Source: Octopus bimaculoides
Taxonomy: Eukaryota
Assembly: GCF_001194135.2 (NCBI RefSeq)
Contig: NC_068994.1
Coordinates: 40,449,625 to 40,513,624 of the forward strand
Direction: 5' to 3'
DNA: 64,000 nucleotides
Position numbers and translations under genes: made by a program. Shown piece by piece: positions 24,267-36,096 of the stretch (its first letter is position 1; each line of letters starts with the position of its first letter). The notes beneath the pieces are model-generated. The model ran no database searches. It saw only the letters and a list, made by a program, of their open reading frames with translations, and had not been told where the DNA came from.

Positions 24267-25107
24267 CATTAGCTCACTCTGTGAGTCAGTGATCATAGCA
24301 TTGAGTAAAAGATTACTAATCAGACAGTTTTTATGTGATGCAGTCTGAAATCTATGTATATTAGCTGCTATGTTCCAGTATGCTGATGAGAATAGTACAT
24401 GAAATATCAACTGTTACTCACAGAAAGATCAGCCAAAATTTTTAGATATACTTTCCCTATCGATCCATAATGATTTATTTATAAACACAAGATTATTGCA
24501 GCTAATTATGAATGCTTAATGAAACATTATTTTCTGAATAAAAATAAGTTTAAGAGTCCAGAAAATTCAATTCCTGACATGAAATTTGTTACAATCAGAT
24601 AATTCTTATAGCCAATGGCTACTTAATACTTCATATAATTTTCTTTCTTCGAAGCCTTGTTAAATATGAATGATGAATACTCCACTTGGATTATTCCCCA
24701 TAGCTTTTCAAATTAAGATTTTATAAATAAAAGCTATTCAGTAATGTGATTTTATTTCAATTTAACAAATATTAGCAAATATTTCGATTCTTTACTGTAC
24801 TTGTAATTCCCAGATTGCAACAGCCAGAGGTGATAAACAAATTTAGAAAGAAAATTGAAAGTAGTGTGAAAACCAATATATTTCTAATATGAGTATTTAT
24901 TGCCCATCCATAGGACTTGATATCGGTTACTTTTTAACAAAGTGCAAATATTTTAAGTGGAGAAGAAAGGAAGAATGTGATGTTCATGCCTTTTCTAGAT
25001 GCGTCAATGGTATTATTGAAACTGAATGGACATAAAAACTGAAACTCTTGCTTTCTGCATACCAAGAATGCACTTCATGTTCTACATCCCTGCCTGTACA
25101 CAACATC

Positions 25108-25146
<39 letters not shown>

Positions 25147-25224
25147 ACAAGTGCTATAGTGTTTTTCTTATTCGATTTCTTTTTACTTGCTTGGTCTGGA
25201 GGAAAAGTCTGATTCTTTGAAGTA

Positions 25225-25480
25225 TGACGGACCCTCAAGAACTGTGAGAGCAACATTTTTGATATTCCTGCTGAACAGTAGCAAGGTGAAAGCTGCAGGA
25301 GAAACACTGTACAGTAGGGAATCTCAGGGGCTCCGTGTTCTGAGAAAGGAACAAAAACCAGGACATAATGGTTGATGCAGGGTCTCAGTGAGGAAGTAGC
25401 AGGCAGGTTATAGGTGATTAGAAGAGATGGGGTGAGGTATGAGGAGAGCTTGAGTGGAGTTGGCATAAGACTATCCATTT
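25225..25480 (-). mobile_element. Highly degenerate CR1/L2-group LINE C-terminal remnant; 26100-26350 may be an upstream piece
   Basis: Minus-strand fragments LRPCINHY..FVPF...TVF/SPAAFTLLLFSRNIKNV resemble the NHYxxSFFP...VFPxxxNLxxFKxNIN end of CR1-group ORF2; SYWKLF at ~26290. Confidence 0.35.
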
Positions 25481-25537
25481 TTCAGGAAACACAGACAGTT
25501 AACAGTAGAAGTTTGAAAGCTGCCTCAGATAACTGTG

Positions 25538-25768
25538 TTATTTCTTTACTACCCACAAGGGGCTACACACAGAGGGGACAAACAAGGACAGACAAACACG
25601 GGTTAAGTCGATTATATCGACCCCAGTGCGTAACTGGTACTTATTTAATCGACCCTGAAAGGATGAAAGGCAAAGTCGACCTCGGCGGAATTTGAACTCA
25701 GAACGTAGCGGCAGACGAAATACGGCTAAGCATTTCGCCCGGCGTGCTAACGTTTCTGCCAGCTCGCC

Positions 25769-25771
<3 letters not shown>
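25538..25771 (-). mobile_element. SINE group 2, full length, CpG-intact (young)
   Basis: GGTGGCGAGCTGGCAGAAACGTTAGCACGCCGGGCG (A-box-like)...GAGTTCAAATTCCGCCG (B-box)...GTAGTAAAGAAATAA. Confidence 0.92.
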
Positions 25772-25807
<36 letters not shown>

Positions 25808-26599
25808 ACATGCATATGTATATGTTACAAAAGCACTGACACAGGTGTTGGAGCAGTACAATATTGTGGGTCTCACCTGAGTTTTGTTGAAAATGAATAT
25901 CATAAAATAAATACCATAAGACGTTCAAGCTGGCCCTCTATATATTTTGCACCCACCACCTCTGCTGACTTTAATACAATAAATAATTGAAATAAAGTTT
26001 TTAGTTTGAAAAAGTTATAAAATAGACTAAAATAACATAGTAGAATCAAATTCGTTGAATGACTGTCACAGTTGCTATTATATTCTAATGTTATGGATGT
26101 TGCAGTTGCCATGTTACTGCTTGTGGATTGGCTGTGGGTGACAAAAGACCACAAATGGAACCCTTCTACAGACAAAGACAAATTCAGTCATTGCTGCCCC
26201 ATTTAGGTGAAGTATACAGGCTAAGGTACAAAATGCTTGTGTACCCTTAGATACTTGTTGATAATACGGAAGGGTTTCTTGCATAGCAATGGATTCAGAA
26301 GAGTTTCCAATAGCTCTGAGTATCTCCTGCAGTTTTTGCATGGAGTAAATCATCTCTGGTATTTATGTCATCTATAAGTGTAGTTAGCAAAGTTAGACAA
26401 ACAAATATCGGGCCTTTTCAGTCAGGCTTGATATTGCTTGTCAACTTTAGTACGTAAATGAAAACTCATAACACACATGTATAAAAACGAAAATTTTGCA
26501 TTAACAAAATCTATCTTAAGTACTCTAACATTGAATAATGGAAATAGTAAAGTAAAACTATGTAATATCAGGTGAGTTAAAAACACAGTATCTAATATA

Positions 26600-26816
26600 A
26601 GAGGAGGTACTTAAAAGTTCTTGGCTTTGAGTGAAAGAAAATACAAGAGGATCAGTTAATTATGATTTTATTCAACATGTCTCCCTCTCAGATTCACACA
26701 CTTATTGTAGCAGTCCTTCAGTTTTTCTAAGCCCTTTAAAAGAACTCAGCACTTTGGGCCTCCAGCCAGGCTTTTCACAATATCCTCAAAGCCAGGAACT
26801 TTTCAGCACCTGTCCA
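26600..26816 (-). mobile_element. Mariner-derived MITE
   Basis: ~28-bp imperfect TIRs with TA flanks; minus relic KGLEKLKDCYNKCVNLRGRHVE* is a mariner C-terminus. Confidence 0.85.
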
Positions 26817-27439
26817 TATGGAATGATATGTCCATTTCCATACTTCACTACCCTTGAGAAGGTCATGAGAGAAAGTGTCCCCAAACCCATCCTCCTGAGG
26901 ATTTTATTTGAAGCAACCATCAACAAAGATCCTGGTTGGATTCTCGAGTGAGACCAACTAAGGATAAAGGTACTGGGTATTATCCACCTGTCTCATTTGT
27001 GATTTATCTCTAGGTATTCTGCTGGTTGGCCATACTGTAAAATTTGACAAGTGGTTTTTTTCCTCAGACATTCTAACTACATGCCTGTAGTGCTAGAGCT
27101 GTGACCTGGAGTGACTCTCATATCTCTGAGCTACACACTCTATTGACTAACATTACTCCTGTGCCTTTTTAGAGAAATCGCTTCTGGTCACTTGTAAGAG
27201 CCAACAATATTGTTTCCTCAAAAGATCGATTATCATTGAATTTTCTTCATTTACTTCACCCCATTCCCTCCGTGAAAACAATTCCTATATCTTAAATTGC
27301 TGATGCTTAACTCAGTGATGCCTGGTTGATTTTATAAAAAGTAGTGCAAAATAATCGAAAAGTGGTTGATGAAGTTAGAGAGTGACTCAGAATGAAAATT
27401 CTTTTGCAAGTAAAATTAATACATACATACACATATATA

Positions 27440-27740
27440 CATGTATGTATAAATGTGTAAATACATAAGTGTTTGTGACCCTAGGTTTTGACATCATAGA
27501 ATACTTATAAACTAGCATTACCTTCATACAAGTGGAGTCCCTTGTTTGCAGTTTTTCAGGAAAATGTGTCCAACCACAGGGAAATATTATCTTGCTCGAA
27601 AATAAGTGAGAGTTGGCAACAAGAGTGGCATCTACCCATAGAAAATCTGCCTGAACAAATATTGTCTGACTCATGCATGGTAAAGTGGACACTAAGAAAA
27701 TGATGATGATGATGATAATGATGCCGCCACCACCGCCAAC
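27440..27740 (+). mobile_element. RTE-type 3' end variant with (GAT)n tail; related pieces near 165-360 and 46195-46340 on the minus strand
   Basis: GAGTTGGCAACAAGAGTGGCATCTACCCATAGAAAATCTGCC...CATGCATGGTAAAGTGGAC...ATGATGATG. Confidence 0.55.
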
Positions 27741-27840
27741 GATGACAATTCATTAAGTAATGATCCAGAGAAGTACTAATTACAATCAATGAGTGCAACT
27801 TAGGCAACTGAACTAGCCAAAATATAATTTCCCTCCTCAT

Positions 27841-27871
<31 letters not shown>

Positions 27872-28210
27872 CTCTCTCTTTCTCTCTCTCCCTCTCATTC
27901 TCTCTATATGTATACACACATACATGTACACACGTGCATGTGTGTGTATAGGGAGCGTATGTATGTATATATGAAAATCGCCTGTAGTTTGGTTCTAATA
28001 TACTTCAATCGTAATTTACACAAAATTAAGTAGGTTCATGTCTTTAAAATTTCAAATCTTAAAGTAGTAATTAGCACAAAAAACAAAAAAAGAAAAAGAG
28101 AAGTTATATTGTAGTCTTGAGGATGACAATGTAGTCCAATCTGTCCCCATTCAGCACTGATCAATAGGCATTTTGACCACAAGATATCTTTACTTAAGTT
28201 ATGATATATA

Positions 28211-28428
28211 TGAGGGGTTCCTGAAAATTCTTGGCTTTGGGCAAAAGAAAATACAGGAGGATCAGTTTGTTTTGATTTTATTCAACATATTCCCTTCTCA
28301 GATTCACATACTTATTGCAGTGGCCCTTCAGTTTTTCTAAGCCTTATAAAAAAGGACTCATAAGATTGGGCCTCCAACCAGCCCTTTCATGATACCTTTA
28401 AAGCCAAGAAATTTCCAGCAACCCCTCA
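28211..28428 (-). mobile_element. Mariner-derived MITE, second copy
   Basis: TA-TGAGGGGTTCCTGAAAATTCTTGGCTTT...AAAGCCAAGAAATTTCCAGCAACCCCTCA-TA; interior matches 26600-26816. Confidence 0.9.
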
Positions 28429-28469
28429 TAAAGAATAGTATCAGGTCTGCCCATGTGCTCTAGGAATCA

Positions 28470-28720
28470 TAAGGCTGGAGTTTAACCCAGTTTACATGGC
28501 ATGTAAGAGATTGATGTTACAATACTCCTCTCTAAACATGGTGATGGTCTTTTCAGAGTTAACTTCTTATTTATTGCTGGAATTCATTTACAGCTGAATG
28601 AACTACAGTAATGTGAAATGAAGTCTTTTGCTCAAGAACACAGTACACTGCTGAGTCTGAAAATTGAAACCATGACCTTATGATCATGATTACAACACCT
28701 TAACCACTAGGACAGTTGCC
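28470..28720 (-). mobile_element. SINE group 3 variant
   Basis: Shared head (CTCAAGAACAC...GAAACCATGACCTTATGATCATGA...CTTAACCACTAGG) with a distinct body. Confidence 0.7.
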
Positions 28721-29361
28721 TTCACCAAGAATGATGTCCTGGAAAAATTTGCTTCCTTCCTCTGGGAATTTTAACTATTATTTCTAGCAAATTGAAGGCT
28801 CCTTGGTACGATGTCAGAGTGACATATTTCATTGTTACAGGAACTTTATATCATTAAAAACTAAAAGTTTTTTTCCTGCCAACCATCAATATCTGAACTG
28901 TGTACAACTCGTGATTCTAGTAGAATTGAAACGTAACATTATAAATTTCTGAAGTTATTAGCCACGTATTCTATTTAGATTAGATTGAAAATAAAAGCTA
29001 TGAACAAAATGCGTTAAAAACAGAAGATGGTCGATCTAATATTAATGTTTGGCAGAATATTTCCCTGATGACAAAGATGTTAAAAAATCGATGTGAACAG
29101 TCTTTTTGCAATGCCTGGAGGCTGTAAGATTTACTTTCTATCATTTTACTTGACGTAAACTGAAAAACTATCTCCTGAAGGTAACTTGAACGATAACTCT
29201 TTACACATACATACATATACACAGACACAGACACATACATACACAGACACATATAGGCTAAATAAATCGAAGAAAATGGTTCTAATATAGAAACATTTAA
29301 TAAGCAAAAACTACAAGAATGTTTACAAATATATTGCCTGTGGGTATTGTCCTCACAGTAG

Positions 29362-29416
29362 TCAACGTCGTCTCAAGATTGCTGCTATATTGGTCAGGTA
29401 TTGGTTAATGTAGGCA
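29362..29416 (-). other. Candidate terminal or non-coding exon (unverified)
   Basis: Very strong acceptor TTTCTTTCCTCCATTTTTTCCTTTTACCCTGTTTGTTGCAG; frame AYINQYLTNIAAILRRR*. Confidence 0.2.
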
Positions 29417-30458
29417 CTGCAACAAACAGGGTAAAAGGAAAAAATGGAGGAAAGAAACTACATTTGTATGACACATTTGATGTCTAGTATGGAAAAAAAA
29501 TAGAATGTTTCTTTTCCTTTAGTTTCCTAGCCAATCCAAAACTATGGATGTAATTTTAATAAAAACACAAGAAATTGCACAGAATATTTCTATAATTTGA
29601 AGAAAAGATGAAAGTGTATTTATAAAGGCTGTTAAAATATTTTCTGCCATCAAGTGTAGTATTTTTCTTTAAAATGCTTTGTTTTGGAAAGAATAGTGGT
29701 AGTAATACAGTTGACAGAATAGTGATCAATCCCTACATTCACTCTAGTCATTCAAGAAAATATTGAAAATATACATTCTTCCTTTTCCATCATAGTTAGC
29801 AATATCAGAAACAACAATCAGTGATTTTGGACAATAAATGGCCTGGAGAGTTTTCTGTTTCTCAGAGATTCGATTTCTCTTAATTGGAATTTTTCTTTTC
29901 TTTCTCTTCATCTTATAGAAGCTAAAGTAACAAAAATCACCAGGAGGGCTAACTATCTTCCTCCATGAATTTATCTTTACTCACACTAGTAAGAAACAGG
30001 CTTAGGAAGTGGGTTCGAAAATGAAGTGATTTTGTAGAAAATAGGTTTAGTGCCTTCATTAGAAGAGAATATTTGTGGTAAAAAAAGTTTGATGAATATG
30101 GTGTATCTAACTAGAATATGAAAGAGGTGGTGTTTGAGATGCTCAAGGTGAATACTAAATTTCCATACATAGATGGCTGTTCTATCAATGTGAATTTCTA
30201 AATAAAACCAATAGTAAGTAATGGAAGATATACAGAAAGTCTATTGTTCGCTTTCCTTCTATCTAATTTCAGGCATTTCTGTAGACAGAAACAAACTGAA
30301 AGTGAACGGAGACCTGCAATGGCATTTTGCTTTTGAATAGTTTCCTAAAAGATAATGAGCACAAGAACTTATATGTAACTTAAACAAGTGTTTCCAATCT
30401 CTCTGATGGAACAGTTGTTTATATGAAGTCATAGAAGTATACAACTATTAGTTTCAAA

Positions 30459-30690
30459 CACTTGATAAGTATTTGTCCTCATCTTGTTTGTTGTTAATAA
30501 TAATAATAACATCGAAAAATACCTTAGGAATAAGAACCCAGGTTTGAAATTTCCCCACGATACCTGATGAAGGCTGGAGAGTATATCAGCCGAAACGTTG
30601 TGTTAACAACAAACAAGATGAGGACAAATATTCGTCAAATGTAAATAATGTAAATAATGTACATAATTCCTCATCTCTTAAATATAGAAC
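30459..30690 (+). mobile_element. Penelope-like element 3'/pseudo-LTR fragment with inverted partial copy
   Basis: Perfect 28-bp inverted repeat (30470-30497 vs 30603-30630) enclosing a hammerhead; short relic NIEKYLRNKNPGLKFPHDT*. Confidence 0.7.
30559..30604 (+). ncRNA. Minimal type I hammerhead ribozyme motif (extra A after A9, palindromic stem III)
   Basis: GAUAC / CUGAUGA / A / GGCUG-GAGAGUAUAU-CAGCC / GAAA / CGUU / GUGUU; stem I 5 bp including 2 GU, stem II 5 bp, AACGUU palindrome. Confidence 0.75.
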
Positions 30691-30769
30691 TTGATTGGTG
30701 TTCTCAGAGACTCTAGTAATTGTTATTAATCATTAGGAAGCCAGTGGACAAGTGAGTTGGTCTGTATAT

Positions 30770-31096
30770 CAATAGTTCTCAACCAGGGGCCATATCAGAT
30801 TTTTGAGAGTCTACACAAGCAAATAGTGAATTAGAGATCCACAATAGTATTTTAAGGGTCCATGAAAGAAATTTGCCTTAGATGTGTTCATTTCAAGACA
30901 CAAGTTTCTTTCTCTAACATTTTACACAGTCTAATATGTTTAGTGCAAACCTACGCAAGTTAATGTGTGATAAAACAAAATAGAAATTCTAAAAGAAGTA
31001 TCTATAAGACTAGATACATTGAATGGATATAGGGGTCCACCAGTATAAAATTGTAATCAAAGGAGACCATTGATAAAAAATGGTTGAGAATCACTG
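30770..31096. mobile_element. hAT (Charlie-like) MITE
   Basis: TIRs CAATAGTTCTCAACC / GGTTGAGAATCACTG; perfect 8-bp TSD CTGTATAT at 30762-30769 and 31097-31104. Confidence 0.92.
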
Positions 31097-31239
31097 CTGT
31101 ATATGGTTTATTGTCCTGCTGTAAGAAAGCAATGAAAACTTTCTCTAATCACACCCTAATATCTTAAAAAAAAAAAATGGAAAATATGTCTTGTATATTT
31201 CAAACCTAAAGGAAGATGGTACAGTCAGCACTAAAGATC

Positions 31240-31520
31240 GTAAAGTTTCCTTTTTAAGTCATGCTGACTCATTAGGGCTTGCTTCCCAGTTTCCATGGTA
31301 AATATATACCCCACCTTGATGGGATGCCAGTCCATCACAGGATTACTGATTTTTGCCTGCTGAGTGAACTATAACAGTATGAAATGAACTATAGCAATGT
31401 GAACTATAACAATGTGAAATGAAGCTCAAGAACACAATGTGTCACCTGGTCCAGGAATCAAAGCCACAATCTTATGATCATGAGTCCAACGCTCTAACCA
31501 CTAGGCCACATGCCTCCGTA
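31240..31520 (-). mobile_element. SINE group 3 variant with V/Meta-like central segment
   Basis: Head GGAGGCATGTGGCCTAGTGGTTAGAGCGTTGGACTC; core CCTGTGATGGACTGGCATCCCATCAAGG; internal triplication of GAACTATA(A/G)CA.T.TGAA. Confidence 0.75.
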
Positions 31521-31915
31521 TAGTCAGCACTGGATTATTTTAAATCATAGATATGTTCAATCTGGGCTGACCTAAATATTAAAAAATAATGCACTAATGT
31601 TCATTATGTTAAGGTGACAGAGATGACCATAAAAAATATCATGTTTCACATCTAAGTCAACCTGCTCATCCTTATTCATATCCATTCACACTAGGTTCTT
31701 TCTCTTACTACTTTCTGTCTATGTATGTAAGCTCATATCGTCTTGTGTTCAAGAGATCAGTTGCAGTCATTTGATCAAACTCTGGTGTCTTTCCTGTTAT
31801 TTCCTTCTGATATCTTAATCCTGATACAGTCTGAAATACTGGATACTCCACTCACCTCAGCAACTTCACTGTACACTTTTTGTTGCTTTTTCCAAATTTT
31901 AATATATTTATGTAT

Positions 31916-31964
<49 letters not shown>

Positions 31965-32517
31965 CTGATAACTGATATGCTTTCGCTGTTTCCATGTAAT
32001 GTATTTCACATTTTAAGTATTTATCAACCCAGGAGATGCTTGCTTGTAAAGTTGTTATGCTATAGGATTGAACCCCAAAACACGTGGCTTGTGAAACAAA
32101 CTTCTTAACCACACAGCTAACTATGCCTGCATCTATTATGAAATTTTCTGATTTCCAAAATTTTATGTTACGCAAGAACTGAGATGATGTAATGACTTTT
32201 TAATGGATTTAAAGAATACAACATTGAATTTTATCAAAACAATGTTTTAGTAACTGAAAGTGTTGTTTGTATTCCATGGTAGCTACAGCTCTCTCTGACT
32301 TTATGGTAAATGATTCTTATATGAAATATGAAAAACAGGAAAACAAAATTCAAATAATTTGTCAATCTGTTTGACATATTAAAAATAATGGTCTCTTTAG
32401 GAATTACAAATATATTTATTATTTATTTCAATAAATAATTAACATTAAAAAAACAAAATAAAAATTGGTTTGCAATATCTAAATACTACTATGATGTACG
32501 TATTGTTTATTTTTTAC

Positions 32518-32583
<66 letters not shown>

Positions 32584-33258
32584 GTGTGTTTTGTCTTGTT
32601 AAATCTAGAAAGTTCTACAGTCTATAACTATTATTTTGTAAAGTGTTTACTGATATTTTGGCTTCACTCCACCAAATAAAAAAATAAATTTCACCTGAAG
32701 CTGATGTCTCACTATCTACAAAGATGTACAATATTTATATTTTAGTATAAAAACAAAAGAAGTGATACGCAACTCAGTTCTATCTTGAACATCTTAAAGT
32801 TCATTTTTACTCTTTTCTTTTCTTTCAGTGTTATTTCCTTGTTATGATACTGATGTTATTTGGTTTCAGTAAAGTAAATAACTGTAAATCAAACCACTAT
32901 ATAATTGACCTTGGAATGAAAATATATTTGGGGTATGAAGAATTGTTAAGATTTTAACAGCAAACTGATGTGGTCATAAATTTAACATCAATGAACATCT
33001 GCTTGGTAATGTAACCATTAGAAATGAGCAGTGGTGGTAAAATGAATGGGCGAGAGAGTCGTTACTTTTGATTCATTATATGTTTGTTGTGAAAAGATTG
33101 TATTGGATACAGTGGTCCAATAAGGAGCATAAGAAAGTACTATCCACGCAGTATTGTTGTTGTATCTTATTCTGTGATAATGCAAGCATGAGAGAGAAAA
33201 ATATAAGGAGAGGGAGACACAGTGTGAATGAATGAATGTGATATATGTATATATTCTC

Positions 33259-33497
33259 TCTTTACTCTTTTACTCTTTTACTTGTTTCAGTCATTTGACT
33301 GTGGCCATGCTGGAGCACCGCCTTTAGTCGAGCAAATCCACCCCAGGACTTATTCTTTGGATACCTAGTACTTATTCTATCGGTCTCTTTTGCCGAACCG
33401 CTACGTGACGGGGACTTAAACACACCACCATCGGTTGTCAAGCGATGTTGGGGAGACAAACACTGACACACAAACATACACACACACACACACACAT

Positions 33498-33544
<47 letters not shown>

Positions 33545-33709
33545 TATGACGGGCTTCTTTCAGTTTCCGTCTACCAAATCCACTCACAAGGCTTTGGTCG
33601 GCTTGAGGCTATAGTAGAAGACACTTGCCCAAGGTTCCACGCAGTGGGAATGAACCTGGAACCATGTGGTTGGTAAGCAAGCTACTTACCACACAGCCAC
33701 TCCTGCACC
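33259..33709 (-). mobile_element. SINE group 1, full length, CpG-rich (young)
   Basis: GGTGCAGGAGTGGCTGTGTGGTAAGTAGC head to GACTGAAACAAGTAAAAGAGTAAAAGAG tail, internal (TA)n(TG)n. Confidence 0.93.
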
Positions 33710-34854
33710 ATATATATATATAAACTATCGTATGTTCGAATTTGGCAAAATGTATTTTTATCAATATTTAATTTTGCTTCCAATAACCAGTTCTTTTGGT
33801 CAAACTGTCATATCTTCAGCTGCTTCAGATGCCAAGATAGGAAAATTGTCAAAGTGTAGTACGACAGTTTAGCATTTTTCAAAAGTGTAGCTAGTCCTAC
33901 ATACGACAGTTCAGCAGAAACATTTCTGACAAAAAATATCATACATGCATGGATTATGATTATGATTTTATGCACCCAACAAAGTATTATTGTTAAGCTG
34001 AAACTGTTGCTAATGTAAAATGAAATGGAATGGTGAATCTCTTTTTTTCTTTTCTGAAAAAGCAACGTTTTGGACTTATGACACTTTTACATAACAACAA
34101 TGATATATATATATATGCAAATATATGTATGTGTGTGTGTAAGAATATTTTATATGCAGTATCCTTAAACCAAAGATGAATGAATCACTGAAACTTCAGT
34201 TTGGCAGTCAAAAGCAAAAACACAACTAATGATGAAATATTTGCAGTCTTCTTTTCAGCTAACTGCACTCATTATGAGTATAAATTCAATAATTTGCCTT
34301 TAGCTCATGTAAATGGATGCCCATTAGGTTGCTAAATCATCTTAGAGTCCATTTATATAAAATGTGTGAACATTTACAAAGCCTTCACTAAAATATCCAA
34401 ACTTGTTACTATTTGTCAATAAGGATTATATTTATAATGTTTAAAACCTCATTAAGTTGGATAAGAAAATGTAAGTAATTCCAGGATTTTGATCAAGAAT
34501 TTGTAGCAAACTGACAGAAATCCCCAATTTTAGCTTTCATTGTTTTCATATTTCTGGTAAGAAATAAAATTGGATAACGGATTAAGAATAAAAGTATATG
34601 ATGAACAAATATGATCTATCAGCGTGATAACTATAAATCTATGTATGATAAAGCAATAGAAATGAAATTATGGATTTATGTAGCTTGGTGAAGTTATACT
34701 TAATCACAAAATGAATCGTTTTGGTTTCAGTTGGACAATCATTATTATAAACTGCTACTGTAGTTTTGTCGTTTCCCCCCACAGCCTGAAGATCTGAAAG
34801 TCAATTATTTTGTTAATTATGGGCCCATTTTAGCCATTGCAGCTGACCACTCAC

Positions 34855-34907
34855 CAATTTATCATTTCTCTGATCATCGTTGCTGAAGTAAAATTAATTT
34901 GTCTGAT
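34855..34907 (-). other. Candidate small exon (unverified)
   Basis: Donor TG/GTGAGT; acceptors TTTTTCTTCAAAG (53-nt exon) or TTTTACTTCAG (28-nt exon). Confidence 0.2.
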
Positions 34908-36096
34908 CTTTGAAGAAAAATGACATACTTAGAATTACTGTTTGTTATAAACAACGGGGTGAATTATGTTGAGGAACGTTAGCTAAGGTAATTTGACTGT
35001 CTATACGAATTAATCATGATACAGCGAGGTGGAAGAAACTCAATTTTACAAAGAAAAATGTCAATAATAATAATTTACTTGTTTCAGCAGGACAAACCTC
35101 ACCGGATAAATAGCAAAAAGTTATTCACCGGATCAATCAAATAAGTTGTTCAAGAAGTCTCAAATCAATATAGAACACAAATAACACAATTAAGTGTCTC
35201 GTTAGTTCAAGCATCTCATGAGACAAAATTTGGTTCATAAATTGTATATAAGAACAAACAGCAGTTCTCTCAATAAAAGAAAGAAAGAAAGAAAAAAAAG
35301 AAGGAAAATGCCAAAACTGATGAATCTATAAGAATATATTACATTCTTATATTGGCTTATAGTCTCAAATTTACTGAGGCAAGGAAATGAGATTGTATGA
35401 TACTCATGCCTATATCGAAGATTTTGGCAACATAAGGTAAGTGAATAGCTCCAAACAAGAATCAAATTTGTGTTGTTAACACAAGCCAGTGAAAGCTTAT
35501 TACTGAGATAAGGTATTCAGCATAAAAATACATTATGATGAAGCCACTTTAAGAAAAATCAAACCTTTTGTCCACATTTCCATATAGGAAACAGAGTTTA
35601 AAATGTGATTATATACAATCAATTAGACATAAAGAAATTTCGTCTGTAACCAGTAACTGCTCATACACACATACATACATATAAAGATACATGTACAAAC
35701 ACATATGTTTGTATGTGTGTGTGTGTGTGTCTGTATGCACGTGTGCATGCATGTGCATGTGTGCATGTACATACATACACACACACACAAACATTTTGTT
35801 TATTGACTTTTTCAACCATTTTTTAATGCTAGCATGGGTAAGGTGAATATATGCAGAGACATTATTTTACTAACGGAAACTCTTCCTGTCACTAATCTTT
35901 ACTTGTTTTAAAAGAAAGGATCTTTTCTTTCACACGTCATCGAAAGCATGAAGCCAGCAGATGGTTTGTTATCAAGAGAAATGACAATAGCATTGAATAT
36001 AGTGCTCAATTTCAGGAGAAACACAAATATATACAACCATACAGGAACACACATGCACACACTTACATAATACATAAATGTGTGTGTGTCTATATA

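Noticed and set aside
25700-25771. tRNA genes at SINE heads (also 50646, 57880 and others)
   Set aside because: A/B-box-like motifs continue into shared SINE bodies, and I see no complete cloverleaf
26114-26353. 79-aa ORF as a host exon
   Set aside because: An alternative frame looks like degenerate CR1/L2 linker sequence, and donor sites are weak
26631-26951. 106-aa ORF with RESVPKPILLRILF resembling an RT motif
   Set aside because: The ORF is mostly the antisense of a mariner MITE, and the resemblance is too weak
31720-31850. Minus-strand 47-codon open frame and nearby GAG/GTGAGT donor
   Set aside because: No credible acceptor paired with the donor and no recognisable protein
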